This document shows, piece by piece, positions 12,104 to 26,204 of a DNA stretch of 64,000 nt. Location: contig OZ024756.1 of assembly GCA_964016885.1 (NCBI GenBank), positions 35,216,001 to 35,280,000 of the forward strand. Reading direction: 5' to 3'. The notes under the pieces were generated by a model. The model did not search any database, had not been told where the DNA came from, and saw nothing but the letters and a program-made list of their open reading frames with translations. The translations under genes and the position numbers were made by a program. How positions within the stretch are numbered: position 1 is the first letter of the stretch; every line of letters starts with the position of its first letter. The DNA comes from Eledone cirrhosa (Eukaryota).

Positions 12104-14221
12104 GTAGCATCGCAGACTACTTCAGATCAGGTTTGGTGGAATTTCAACTCGGAAAAGCTGTTGTTGCCATAATCTCATTGTTGTTGTTCTGTATTGAAAC
12201 CCCTGCCCCCCCTCCCCCAATTAACTGTGTTAATTCTAAGATACAACTCCATCTTCAACACCCTGGAAACTTGATACCATCTTACCCTTCATAGCCCTCA
12301 TTAAACCTCTCCCTCATTCTGCCACATTCTCCATCAAAGCTCTTCGTGAACTTATCTCCAGTGAAAAATAAGACTACTTTACATTGATAAAATACATCAA
12401 CAATTATACCATACTTACTGTATATACTTGTATATAAGCCAAGGAATATGTGCTATAAAAATAATCAAGGGTGTAAAATGGGGGTCAACTTATATTTGAG
12501 GTCAATATTTTGCTGATTTTCATTAACTTCAAATTCTATGTAAATAAGTGCTAAAATATTTTCAGTTTGGAGGTGAAATTAGTTTTTCCTATTGTTTTTG
12601 ATGTTTTAAATGAATATGGCCTTCAAAAACGTTGGAAATTGGTAAAAAAATCTTTATGTAATGGAGTTATGAAACAAAAACTATACTCTAAATGACACTT
12701 ATAACATTTTAAATATCAAAATATTAAAACTTTTTAAATATATTCTCCACTCATGAACATTTCTAAACTACACCATCTAAACATAATGTAGGGCTTGTAT
12801 TTTTACCTATTTCTTCAGCATAAAATAAGGTATTGGCTTATATTTGAGTGTATCTGGTAATACCAAGCTACCTTACACTACTAAAATATATTAATAATAC
12901 CACACTTAGTACTATGCTTAAGAATAACCAACCCACAGTTTAAAGATAAAATATGGTTAACATCAGGAAGGGCATTCATATCATCATCATTTTACATGTT
13001 TTTCCATGCTAGCATGGGTTGGACAGGTTGTTACAACTACTTGGCACAGTGTACTGAGTGAATTTGATTGTGGCAGTATCATTTTGCCTTGACAATAGAT
13101 TCTGATCTATTTGTGGAAAAAAGCCTACCTCAAAAACCTTTTGTCCAACCCATACCAGCTTGGAAAATACTATAAAAAGATGAGTAGCTTATTGCAGAAC
13201 TATGTAAGAGATGATGACATCAAAATAGTTTTCAAAATCTAGACACACCTGTTTTAACCCTTTAGTATCTGTGAACATCACATTCCCTCCTGATCTTTAT
13301 CCACTCAAACCTCACCATCTCACCACATTTAACATACACCCATATTAACATTCCCATCACCTCTGTTACCCTCAGCCCAACCTACCATTTCCCTCTCCCT
13401 GGAATAGAGAGGGCTCTTTAGTTGAGTAAATGAGTGACAACCTCTCTATTACTGGCTTCACAAAGGATGTGCCCTGTAAGACAGTTGATAACAAGAGAGG
13501 TATCCCATCCGATAGGTAGAAACCATACCCAAAAAGGGTTGTGAAGACTCTTCAGTTGTGTCAGGGACATGGCAGTCTCTCTAGTGTTGGTGAGCTATAT
13601 GATGAATGTACTCAGTACACTCTGAGAAGTGGTTGGTGATAGGAAAGGCATCCAGCCATAGAAAACCTGTCAAACAAAGGGTAAGGGGAACTCTTCATCT
13701 GATTTCCCTAGTTTGGGAGATTTATACAATAAACACACACAGTACAGCCATAGAAAACCTGCCAAACAAAGATTTAACAGACCTTTCAGTTGTATTGAAG
13801 GTATAACAACCTTCCTAGTGCTAGTGTCACAATAAAATGTACTTGGGAGTGTGTTGGAGCATATGTAAGCAAGTTGCAGGCTGCTGGCCCATTTGAGCAC
13901 TTGGTAGGGTACACGTATGTAAGATGCAGGCCCTCGGCTCACTGTGGGGTCAGTAGCTCTGTTTTGAGTAGTAACCCAGTCTGTTGACGACCTGTCCAAC
14001 CCTTGCTAATTGGAAAAGGGGATGTTCAATGATTTTGATGATTACGGTAGGTGTCCTTGTTGGATATATACTGCTGTACCAGTGATAAACTAGGGACTAT
14101 TAACACTTTGAAAAGTTAAGTTCCCAATTACTCCTTCCTCCCATTCATTCCACCAGCTTTGCTCCCTGGCACATTGTTCTGATAATATAATCAATGAAAT
14201 ACTCATCCATTGATATGATCA

Positions 14222-14600
14222 TGTCTCTCTCTCTTTCTCTCATGCACTCTCTCTCTTTCCTTCTTTCATTTATTCTCTCACTCACTCTCTCTCACTCTCT
14301 CTCACTCTCTCACTCTCTCACTCTCACTCTCTCTCTCTCACTCTCACTCTCTCACTCTTTCTTTCTTTCATTTATTCTCTCTCACTCACTCTCTTACTCT
14401 TTCTCTCTCATGCACTCTCTCTCTTTCTTTCATTCTCTCTCTCTCTCATACTCTTTTTCTGTTACTCATACTCTATTTATCACACTTTTTCTCAGTCATT
14501 CTTTTACTCTCCTACACACTCTCTCTCTCTCTCTCTCTCTCTGCCTGTCTCTCTCTCTCTCTGCCTGTCTCTCTCTCTTTCTCTTTTTGTCTCTCCCACT
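14222..14600. repeat. Degenerate (CT)n-rich tract
   Basis: Low-complexity pyrimidine repeat. Confidence 0.9.
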
Positions 14601-15492
14601 TTTTCTTTCTTGGAACCATCTTAATTTCTTTACTAATTTCTGAAGGATTTGCATCTTCTGATCTTTAATACTTTATGTTGCATGTTTGGGCTGTTGTTTG
14701 ACCCTCGGGCTGCTGGGCTTTGGCCATTGTATGACAGTTTTATGGCCCTTGTACGACTGTTGTATGGCTCTTACTTACGCTATTGCTATTAATATTGCAT
14801 GCTCTGGTATTATGTTCTTGACAGCTTCACATATTCCTCAGCAACCAGTCACTGCTTTGGCTCTACTTTTATACATGTTGTATCTTCCATTATATCATTT
14901 CATATCTCTTTTATGTGCTTTATCTTTGTTGTTGTTACAGCTCATACCTAAAACCTTTAAAAGCTTTAACTGGCCTTTTACATTACTGCATCTCATAGGA
15001 GGTTGCTTGGGTGTTTTAATAAGGCCCCAATTCTATCATGTTGTTACAGCTCACACCTATGTAGCTTTAGTTGGCCTTCTACAATTGGTTCTGCAGGGGG
15101 TTGGCATCCCCCCAATTTTCAGTTTCTCATGGATAGGGTAGGAGTTCAGAGTGGGAGCTTATAGTGTCTACTACTTGCCTTCCTAATCCCTCCCTCTCAA
15201 CCATGCAAACTTTAACCTACGTCTAGCCCTTAGAACCCGTTTCCATAACTGGGTGAAACCTGATATATCAATGGAGATAATGTGACCTCTTAATTGTTAG
15301 TTATTCTCTTTCTTGATGAAGAACTGAGAGAAACACTAGCTCTCGCTCCTCTTTTTGGTTTCTTTTGGGCATTTTATCTGCTTCCATTCAATCTTTTGCT
15401 ACCTATTTTCTATATTTGCAACAAATTCATCATGGCCATCATCATCATTGTCATCAGCATCATCATAATCAGTAATATTCTCATCAACCTTG

Positions 15493-15550
<58 letters not shown>

Positions 15551-17504
15551 GGCATTTTTCAGCCAAATTGGGTAGTTGTAAGTTACCAGGATGTTAAAGA
15601 AAAATAATTAAAAAAACTAAAAATAACTAAATTTTATTACTAAACGTTTGGTTAATTTAGTTTTGTTAACTATTATTATTAACTGTTTGTTAATATTCTT
15701 TAAATGAAATACTCTCTCTTTATATATTTTGATTCAATCCTTATGTTCCTTAACTTCTCACCATTCTCTGCAATGACTGGCACCAGCCTTTATGGAATTC
15801 CACCTCACCGACATCTTAAAGATAAAAAAAAAAAGAAAATCCTATGATTTCTTTTAATTTTTTTTTTTCAAAATAATTATAATATTAGTCTTAGTCATAG
15901 TTATAGCAACATGAAGGTTAGTTATGATATTGGTAGTAATATGTCTGTTAGTTATGATGTTGGTAGTAATATGAAGGTTAGTTATGATATTGGTAGTAAT
16001 ATGTCTGTTAGTTATGATATTGGTAGTGATACGAGGCTGAAGTCTGAAGACTGCATACCTAAGTGGATTGAAATTACAAAATATATATTATCTAGATATA
16101 TGTGATATCATTTATATATAATGTATGTGTGCATACAACAACTATATGTAAATCTGCCAAAGAACATTGATAAATTTGATAAAAAGATTGTATATATTTT
16201 AAACAATAATTGTAGAAATTGTACTAGAATAGTTAAATATGTAATGGAGGCTCAAATTGTATGGTTAAGTTTGTGACAGAGGTTCAAATTGTATGGAAGA
16301 GATAGTTATGATTGTTTTAATTTTGTTTTTCATTGCTTGTGTCAATGCATATCAACAAAAAGTATGATAAACAAAATTAAAATACATTGCTGATTAGGTT
16401 ATCACAAAGATCTGTGACAATGAAATACTGCCACTGTCATAGTTTCCTCAATCATGTTTATAGGTGATTAAAAATAGTTCAGAGCAGTGGAAGAAAGTTC
16501 TCTGCTGTTCTTGGAAACAATGTGTGTGTCTAGAACAGAGAAGAGAAGAAGGAGGGAGAGTATGAACATGGATATAACCAAACCTGGAAAATTATTGTCG
16601 GAAGAAAAAAATTTCATTTTTTGGCTATTGAAGAATATTGATGTTTATAGAATTGTTTGCTTACTAATAGTTTTTTTTTTTTGTATTTGCATTTTGTTGT
16701 TGTTATTATCTCTGTCATTGAAATTGCAAGACAGCATGGTGGCTTATCTTCGAGACCAAGACAAAAAAAAAAAAAAAAAAAAGTGAAAAAGAAAAACAAA
16801 CCTTTTGTTTTACTCTTGCAGATCATAGAATGTAAATCGTTGCTGGCCTTCAAAGTTGTGAGTAAATAGTTGGGACTGGTTTGTTGTGAGTTAATGAGGG
16901 TTACACTTGGGATACAATTTTGTTGTCACAGCACTGTTAATGAGATAATGAGGATTACACTTGAGATACAGTTGTCACAATATAGTGTCAGAATACTACC
17001 ACATGCAGTACTACAACATTGGCAGCACATACTGCCACAGCACTACATGGTTGATAGCACACACTGGGACAGCACTACATGGTTGATAGCACACACTGGG
17101 ACAGCACTACATGGTTGACAGCATATACTGTCACAACACATGATTGATAGCACACATTGTCACAACACATGGTTGACAACCTACACCGTCACAGCACTAC
17201 ATGGTTGACAGCACACTGCCACAACACTACATGGTCAGACAGTATCCTGTCACAACACTATCATTCACAACACTGCAATATTGACACCTCAGTTTTTCAC
17301 AACCCTACTACTTACAACTATTAAAGCACCACATTATTACACCACTTGTACACAACACTCACAACTCCTTTAGTACTGACACTATTTCACAACACTACTT
17401 CATCTCTGTCACTATACACTCACTCCATTCCATCACATACACACCACCACCACCACTTATATACTTATTAAAAATACTATTTTGTTCATTCTAATATTAT
17501 GTTG

Positions 17505-17625
17505 TGAAGGTGCATGGCTTAGTGGTTCCAGAGTTGGATTCACAATTGTGAGGTTGTGAGTTTGATTCCTGGACTGGACGATGCATTGTGTCCTTGAGCA
17601 AAACACTTTATTTCATGTTGCTCCA
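17505..17625 (+). mobile_element. tRNA-derived SINE family B (CORE/V-like domain), truncated
   Basis: TGGCTTAGTGG A-box, GTTTGATTCC B-box-like, GTGTCCTTGAGCAA.ACACTT domain. Confidence 0.75.
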
Positions 17626-17798
17626 TGTCACATGATGTCCTCTATCTGGGACCATGTCACATGATGTCCTCTATCTGGGACCATGTCACATGATGTCCTC
17701 TATCTGGGACCATGTCACATGATGTCCTCTATCTGGGACCATGTCACATGATGTCCTCTATCTGGGACCATGTCACATGATGTCCTCTAACTGGGACC
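17623..17798. repeat. 29-bp minisatellite (CCATGTCACATGATGTCCTCTATCTGGGA) x6
   Basis: Near-perfect tandem copies abutting SINE B. Confidence 0.95.
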
Positions 17799-18530
17799 AT
17801 ACGACTGACGTTTGTCAGGCTGAGTGACTGTAACAAGGCTCCATTGTTAACTTGTTTTGTCTTGTTAATGTTGTTCTTCATGGTGTAGATGTTTCTGCTT
17901 TTCCTATTGTTGTTATTGTTCCTACAACTGTTGTTTATGAAGCCTATATTGTTACACAAGACTAATTAAGTCTATCAAATGGTGACCAATCTGTATAATC
18001 TCTGCGATTTTAGTGCTATGGTCTTGTTGACTGTATATAGCCAAAATACATATTGTAGGTTGATTGTCAGAAACTAATAGAAGAGCATTATGTTTGTAGT
18101 TTGATAGATCAACCATGAAGCTTTTTTGGCTACATTATTGAACCTTATATATCAGCCATGTAGTGTTTTTGACTACATTATCGAGCCTGATATATCACCC
18201 ATGTAGCGCTTTTGGCTACATTATCGAGCCCGATATATCAACCATGTAGTGGTTTTGACTACATTATCGAGCCTGATATATCAGTCATGAAGTGTTTTTG
18301 ACTACAAGCTTAGGTTGGGGATCATTGATTTAAAGAATATAAAATATGAATGGCATGTTAGCATGATGTTTTGACCAGAGCTTCTTATTCAATTTCCTCT
18401 TCTACTTTTTATGTGATATTTTCCAACATGATTTTTAATCATTTATTATTTTTCTCTTCATTCTTTTTTTCATGTTTGTTTCTTTTTTTTTTCCCTTTCC
18501 ACTGGATTTGTCTGTCTGTGTGTCTCTCAG

Positions 18531-18767
18531 GGTCTTGTGGAAACTGGAGAAAATATGCACTACAGTAGTTTGGATCAGGCACTGCCAAATAGCCCCACGA
18601 ATCAACAAAACAACGACATCGAAGCCAGTGACTATTCGGAAAATGATCTCACTGCCAGTAAGGCCTCTTATTCCCGTAGTATGATGATTGAGAAGAGGTC
18701 AGCTCTTACGTCTGTCATAGTCTATGTCATGAACCAGAGCTACATACTGACACTTATTGCTATGATG
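18531..18767 (+). CDS. piezo: Piezo exon (GLVETGENMHY...VMNQSYILTLIAMM)
   Basis: Acceptor tctcag|, donor |gtgagt, phase 0 to 0; QSY..LIAMM motif. Confidence 0.93.
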
Positions 18768-18806
18768 GTGAGTGGTTTTACTATAGTTATTGATTTCTCC
18801 ACCCCA

Positions 18807-18847
<41 letters not shown>

Positions 18848-19016
18848 ATATTTGAGGAGGGTCATGTTGCCAATAAAAATACATGCACAACATATGTTTG
18901 TCTACAGTTATCAACATAACTGTTTGTCTACAGTTATCACCAACATAACTGTTTGTCTACAGTTATCATAAACATAACTGTTTGTAAAACTGATTTATTT
19001 TTGTCTTTCTCTGCAG

Positions 19017-19280
19017 GCTTGGAGTATAACTTTCCACAGTTGGTTGACATTTGTGCTGCTGTTGGGGGCATGTCTTATCTGGATGGTGCCCAAATCACGT
19101 CGTGCATGTCTCATAGTTTCCCCACTGATTGTATTTTATGCTGAGATCCTGCTGACTATTCAGTTCATCTATGGATTCAACTTGAACGATAAAGAACTTC
19201 CAACCAAAATCGAGGGTGTGAAAATGGCAGAGATTGGTCTCATTAAGCCTGGCACACCATGTGCTAACCTTGCTTTACAG
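19017..19280 (+). CDS. piezo: Piezo exon (AWSITFHSWLTFVLLLGACLIW...CANLALQ)
   Basis: Acceptor ctgcag|, donor |gtaatg; WSIT.HSWLTFVLL is a Piezo signature. Confidence 0.96.
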
Positions 19281-19375
19281 GTAATGCTACCAACCTTGTT
19301 ATATTCTTTATTTCTTTTCTATGCTCATTGTAATGTTGCAGCTCCAATAATTTTGACTAATATAATGAATTTAAC

Positions 19376-19690
19376 ATCATCATCATCATTTGTCTATCTT
19401 CCATGCTAGCATGGGTTAGACCGGAGTTGTCCCACTTGAGGCAAGATTGGTCGGGTGACCGTGTCTCGCTTGTACAGGACTATCTGGCAGGCTTTCTACG
19501 GCTGGCTGCCCTTCCTAACACCAACCACATTTACAGTGTGGACTGGGAGCTTTTTACCGTGTTACCTACACGGCCACATTACAGCGTGGACTGTGTTTTT
19601 TTTGTTGTGACACCTACACGACCTCATTAGTTTGGACTGGATATTGTGGTACCAACATAACTTTACAGAGAAAGGGTGGTGTTGGTTGGA
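19376..19690 (-). mobile_element. Family C RTE-tailed short element
   Basis: (CAT)n..CTTCCATGCTAGCATGGGTTAGAC..GCCCTTCCTAACACCAACCAC; similar copies near 28395, 33495, 41220 and 41737. Confidence 0.75.
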
Positions 19691-19809
19691 GTAGGGGTAG
19701 TGGGTTGGGGTGTATATTTGGTTAACATATGTAATTTAACCAACCCAACTTGCCTCAAATGGGACAAATCCATCTAACCCATGCTAACGTGGAAGATAGA
19801 CGTTAAACA

Positions 19810-20006
19810 ATAATAATTGTTTCTACTTTTGGCACAAAGCCAGCAATTAACCAGTGCATTACTGGTACTTTATTTTATCAACCCCATAAGGATGAAAGGC
19901 AAAGTTAACCTTGGCGGGATTTGAACTCAGAATGGCAAGGGCCGTAACTGTATGCATCAAAGCATGTCGTCCGACCCTCTACCAATACTGCCAATCCACC
20001 GCCCCT
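19810..20006 (-). mobile_element. Full-length family A SINE
   Basis: Reverse complement of head, central domain and tail. Confidence 0.88.
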
Positions 20007-20162
20007 AAATAATGATAATGATGATTCAGCAGGTTTGATAAAATATTCTCTCCAGCACTAAATCTAAGTCGCTAAAGAAAGAACAGGAATATTTTTGTGA
20101 GAGTTTTATGTGATTGTTTATGTAAATTTGTAAAGTTGGTCCCTTCTCTTCCTATCCAACAG

Positions 20163-20307
20163 ATCCTGTACACACTTGTGTTCCTGCTGACGTTACGACA
20201 ATATATGCGTGAGAAGCTAATGAACAAAGAGACAAATGAAGGTTATGCTCTAGGACGTCTGGATACTGGTAGCACCTCCATCACCCCTGCTGTCTCTGAG
20301 ACACTGT
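20163..20307 (+). CDS. piezo: Piezo exon (ILYTLVFLLTLRQYMREK...); 3' end uncertain (20268, 20307 or 20311)
   Basis: Acceptor caacag|; LYTL.F.L.LRQ motif; donors at 20268 and 20307 are both phase 1 and fit the exon at 35722. Confidence 0.85.
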
Positions 20308-20579
20308 GTAGGTTTAAACACAGAAAAAGCACCCGTAGAAACATTTTTTTATTTATTCCTCACCCCGCAAAAAAAAAAAAAAAAAAAAAAAACTCATTTC
20401 AAGCCTGGCACTGCATCTTTCTTTTGCCCTTTTGTTTCCATTATTCTCTGTAGTAGTCTCCCTTTTTCATATTATCTTGCATGTGACCAATCACTGTCAT
20501 TTGCACTGTTTTTATTATCATTGATCATCCTCGCTCTCTTTTATGTGTCACAGCTTCAACCTGTTTCTTTAGACTTCTG

Positions 20580-20850
20580 AAAGCATGTGGCCTGGTGGTT
20601 AGGGGGTTGTGCTCATGACCATAAGGTTGTGGGTTCAATTTCAAGATCAGGCTTTGTGCTTCATGTTATGTCTTTGTTGAGCAAGGCTCTCCATTTCATG
20701 TTGCAGCAGCTTGGTTTAGCCCCTGTGACAGACAGGAATCCTGTCAAGGGAGGAGTCTTGTACTCTCAGTTGCTCAATGCCCATGACAACAGAATAAGCT
20801 CTGAGCTTCGGCCAACTGATGCAGGCAAGGAAAAGTGAACATAAAATGAT
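20580..20850 (+). mobile_element. Family B SINE with RTE-like tail
   Basis: TGGCCTGGTGG..GGTTCAATT..TTGAGCAAGGC..GGAAAAGTGAACATAAAATGAT. Confidence 0.65.
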
Positions 20851-21167
20851 AAATCTTTTGTCTTTAAAACATCTCTATTGAAATCTTTTCCATATTCTCT
20901 TCTTTTTTCATTCTCTCCTCTCTCCTCTACCTTCTTGCATCCACTCTTCAACTTCCAGACATATTTGTCAACAGCAATCATTTCCCCTTGTTATTGCATT
21001 GGGTCCTTAGGCAGATAACTCACCCTTTGTTGCTTGACGAAAAGAAATTATCATTATTATTATTTTGTTCTCTGTTGCTGTAGTTATGTATTCTGTAGTA
21101 GTTCATTAGATGTAGTCTAAATATTTTACCTAACTTTAGCATGATGTTTGCTCATTTTTTTAAATGT

Positions 21168-21371
21168 TTATCAATATTTTATCAATATTTTATCAATATT
21201 TTATCAATATTTTATCAATATTTTATCAATATTTTATCAATATTTTATCAATATTTTATCAATATTTTATCAATATTTTATCAATATTTTATCAATATTT
21301 TATCAATATTTTATCAATATTTTATCAATATTTTATCAATATTTTATCAATATTTTATCAATATTTTATCA
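21168..21371. repeat. 11-bp minisatellite (TATCAATATTT)
   Basis: Perfect tandem copies. Confidence 0.96.
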
Positions 21372-22341
21372 TTGCAGCCATTACTCGTTTCACTTGTGTT
21401 CATTTGGAATGCATTTCTGCACTTTTGTTGTTGTTATTGTCAATGTGGATGAATCAAAGACAGGTAGACAGACATGAGATATCTCGATATAGTAATATCT
21501 TGATATTACCATATCTAAACATGGGAATATCTAGATATCAGATAAGAGAAATGATTTATTCGGTCAGTTCTGTGCCAACAACATAAGGAAATTGTTGTTA
21601 TATCATGGACTCCAAATTTTAATTTTTATTTCCATTTAACCCTATATTTACTATTATATTTTCGTGGTAAAGATTTTACCTCACATAATTATCCTCTGGA
21701 ACAAAAAGATGTTGTTCATCTAAAAACACACATGGTGTTTATGAGGCTGTTTACTTGCAAACAAACTGAATATTAATAATATGATGTTATTATAATAGTC
21801 ACTCCATGCTTTGCAGCAAAGAGTTACAACCCTTTATGATCTGAGTTCAAATCCCGCCGAGGTTAACTTTGCCTTTCATCATTACGGGGTCAATAAAATA
21901 AAGTACCAGTAATGCACTGGGATAATTGCTGGCCTTGTGCCAAAAGTAGAAACAAATATTATAATATTCACTTACAAATACATTTAGGTATTCACCTTGT
22001 TAAGAGCAAAAACAATTTTTGTTTATACATTTTTATATATATATATACGTATATATATATACGTATATATATATATATATATATATTCTATGAGATGTAT
22101 ACATTCCACATTTATGCAAACTAAGTCTTTTCTCAAGCTAGAAAAAAGAAATGTCAGACAAAAATGCCAATGTGGTATTTAAAATCCTGCTGAGGTTAAC
22201 TTTGCCTTTTATCCTTATGGGGGTCGATAAAATAAAGTACCAGCAATACACTGCGGTTGATTTAATCGACTTTCTTCTCTTCCAAAATTGTTGACCTAGT
22301 GCCTAAATTATGAACCATTATTATTTATTTGCTATTATTTA

Positions 22342-22690
22342 AGGGCGGTGAATTGGCAGTATCGGTAGAGGGTCGGACGCCATGCTTTCCAGCATAGTTA
22401 CGTCCCTTTACGATCTGAGTTTAAATCCCGCCGAGGTTGACTTTGCCTTTCATCCTTACGGGGTCGATAAAATAAAGTACCAGTAATACACTGGATAATT
22501 GCTGGCCTTGTGCCAAAAGTAGAAACAATTATTATTTATTTGCTGAATAATAATAATTGTTTCTACTTTAGACCAGCAATTACCCAGTACATTACTGGTA
22601 CTTTATTTTATCGACCCCATAAGGATGAAAGGCAAAGTTAACCTCGGCGGGATTTGAACTCAGAATGGCAAGGGCAGTAACTCTATACGT
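22342..22690. mobile_element. Tail-to-tail inverted pair of family A SINEs
   Basis: + copy 22342-22532 and - copy 22552-22690. Confidence 0.85.
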
Positions 22691-22808
22691 CAAAGCAAAG
22701 GCAAAGTTAACAATAATAAATAATAATGTGATATGGAACCAAAATGTATATGTATGTATGTGTGTATGTATGTATCTGAATATATATATTTGTGTGTGTG
22801 TGTGTGTA

Positions 22809-22844
<36 letters not shown>

Positions 22845-24093
22845 TTATGTATGTGAGTGGTCATCTCAAAAGGTGATGATGATACTCAGAAAAAGGAACC
22901 ACCCTGACAAGCAAGAGAAAATGTCTAAATTCCACCTATGCTCCACTAACACCACATAACTCGGAGTAGACCCAGTCACCCAGACCTTGCTTTCTTCTCT
23001 CACTCATCATTCAGCAAATATATTAGAGGTCAACCTTTCCTTCTTCCCCTTCCTCTTCAAATGATACTTAAAAATGTCAGTGAGGGCTTGACCAGAGAGG
23101 AAAAGTTCAGTGTTTCAGTTCTATCAGTAATTGTCCATCACACTACCTATTTCATGTTAGCCAGCAGACACAGGAAACTAGTTGTCCCTACTCACCCTGC
23201 TAAGTAAGGTAGCAAGATGGTGGGGTGACCTTCATGGTGTGCTCTGCTGACAGCTGGGTTTGTTCTACACATAATGACAGCTGTTTGATATGTCACCAAT
23301 GTTTGGTCTCTAAACAAATGCATGGAGGATGGTTTCATCATACTTTGTGTATCTTGGGCATGCCAGTTTGTAGTATTGTTTTGTCTGTAGAGGTTTTCCC
23401 AGAACCAGTCAAGGTCTCTGGTATTTCTGATAGGCAAAGATCTTTTGAAATTTATCCACAATCTCTGGGCTGAAAGTTCTCAACTGCACAGGCTATCCTC
23501 CACAATATCATCACTCATACTCAGAACTAGAGTTCTTTAAGATGCAAAAGGTTGACACTCAGTAAGTTAATTTGCCCCACTGGTGAAGGACTGTGCTCAC
23601 CTTATAATATTCTAGATTCTGGACATCGAGTCTTGGTGTGCACTTGACCCGAAGTGACAAGTGACCAGCTACAGAAAGACATGCCTGCCATTCGTGCATG
23701 CCTGGCCTACAGTATTTAAATAATATCCACCCCTACACACTTTCTTGCTATCTCTCTATCCCTCTCTCTACTACTACCACCAACATGCTCTACATTCTAC
23801 AGAACTACTCTGCAATTATCAGTAAAGGAAGACACCCTGCCATCCCTAACAGCTCTTAACTATTATTACATTCTATTTCATCAAATGAAATCCCTGTTTT
23901 GTTTTACTGTATCTAGTTCGACTGTATTTTCTCTCTCTCGTTGTATAAACCACTTTCCTCTGTTTCATATCTCACTACTGTGATTATGGTATTTTATTTG
24001 GGTTTCTAGACAATGATAGATCTGGTGTTTTCTTTGGTTAAAGTCTCAGATATTCTTTCTTCTTTCCAGTTGCCATCTTCTTTGGCTTTCAAT

Positions 24094-24126
<33 letters not shown>

Positions 24127-24819
24127 CCCTCCCCAGACATCACTCCATTATTGTTAATATATATTTATGCAGACAATGATTAATATCACCCCCCCCCCCA
24201 AAAAAAAATCACTGAAGCTAATTATTAGAATCATTTCGGCAAGCATGGGCAACAACTCCCTAATTACTACCTTGGCAAGTACTACAGTGAAGTAAATTGC
24301 TTCACTGACAATGTCTAATAAGACAGAAACATGTCTGGAGTTGTCTCCCATACTTGTCCAAAATGATTAAAATAATATTGGCAATTGTGTTAATGTTCTC
24401 CTCTCTTCAATCCCAATGCTATTTTTAATTAGATATTTTTTTTGTTGCTCTCTCTACCGTAACCCTTTATTTGATTGATTCTGAGAAATTACTTTTAAAT
24501 ATAGGCTCTACCAACACAGACAATTTAATTGATAGTTATAGATTACCATGTAAGCAGATCCATAGTAACTGTAGTTGTGCTATATTACTGGTATGGAGGT
24601 GCCACCTATTTCATTTATGTCTTGTTTTTGTTTTTGTTTTGTTTACATGTCTAATCTTGTTTTTTTTTGTTTGTTTTTTTGTTTGGGTTTTGTTTGTTTT
24701 TTTTCACACAAAACTAACCCATTTTTTGATGTGATCAGTTTTAGTTGGATTCAAGTTGTACAATATACTAATAATGAAATCTAATTTTAATCTTTATTAA
24801 AAACTATTATATTTATGCA

Positions 24820-25165
24820 GTGGGTGTGTCTACCAGCTTAAGTCACAGCTCCCCCTTTCTCCCAGTTGGGTGTGGCTGCCAGCTTGAAACAACCCTCCCT
24901 CCTTCCTCAAGCTGAGTGTGGCTACAAACTTGAACTCTGCCCCTCTTTCCTCCAGTTGGGTGTGGCTACTAGCTTGAGATTATGACCCCCTTCTCCCAGT
25001 TGGGTGTGTCTACAAGCTTGAGACTGACCCCTTCCCCCAGTTGGGTGTGGCTACCAGCTTGACACAGTTCCCCTTTCCCCCAGCTGGGTGTGGCTACCAG
25101 TTCCCATTTTCCCCCCAGTTGGGTGTGGCTACAAGCTTGAGACACACCTCCTCTTTCTCCCAATT
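24820..25165. repeat. Diverged ~40-bp minisatellite (CCCAGTTGGGTGTGGCTACCAGCTTGA..)
   Basis: About 8 imperfect units. Confidence 0.85.
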
Positions 25166-25531
25166 GTAACTACTTACTTTTTGCCAGCCATTGAGTAGAA
25201 TGTTTGATGCTTCAAGCAAAAATATTTTATATTCACAACTGCTGCATGTGGCAACATTTCAAAGCTACAGTGCAGCATTTTGATGTGTGCAGCACCAACA
25301 CACCAGCTGCAACACAGACATGTGATCACTAAACTTAGAGGAAATGTTGCACTTTATATAAGGATCTTCAGTAAAGTATCAATATCAAAATGTCTTGCCT
25401 GATCACAATAGACATGATGTTACTGAAGTCTTTGTAGGTTGATGGGGTTGCAACTAGAATATGATATTGTGATATCAAGTGGGTAACAAATGATATTTGC
25501 TCCTGGATATATTGCCAGCCTTGTACATGGA

Positions 25532-25900
25532 TACTCTTAGATGTACAGGGATCACTCTTAGATGTACAGGGATCACTCTTAGATGTACAGGGATCACTCT
25601 TAGATGTACAGGGACCACTTTTAGATGTACAGGGACCACTTTTAGATGTACAGGGACCACTCTTAGATGTACAGGGATCACTCTTAGATGTACAGGGATC
25701 ACTCTTAGATGTACAGGGATTGTTCTTAGATGTACAGGGATCACTCTTAGATGTACAGGGACCACTTTTAGATGTACAGGGATTGTTCTTAGATGTACAG
25801 GGATCACTCTTAGATGTACAGGGATCACTCTTAGATGTACAGGGATCACTCTTAGATGTACAATGATCACTCTTAGATGTACAATGATCGTTCTTACATA
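25532..25900. repeat. 21-bp minisatellite (ACTCTTAGATGTACAGGGATC)
   Basis: Tandem periodicity. Confidence 0.95.
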
Positions 25901-26204
25901 TACAAGGAGATTTCCAAAATATTATTCTATTTTATTCTACCATCTCTATCACCATAACGACCATCACCAGCACCACTATCATCACTACCATTACTACCAC
26001 CATCTGTCACCAGCATCACCTTACCACTTCCACAAACATCAGTAACAAGGTCATACTACCACACCACCATCATCACTACCACACCACCACTAGCACCACC
26101 ATCCCTATCACCACACTACCACCACCACTACATCACCACATTACCACATCTACCAATTTACAAAATTCTATTTTAAGTTCCATATTTCCTCTCATTCTTA
26201 CTTC

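Noticed and set aside
14686-15141. 151-aa ORF
   Set aside because: No recognisable domain or phase-compatible splice pair; probably a decayed repeat on the opposite strand.
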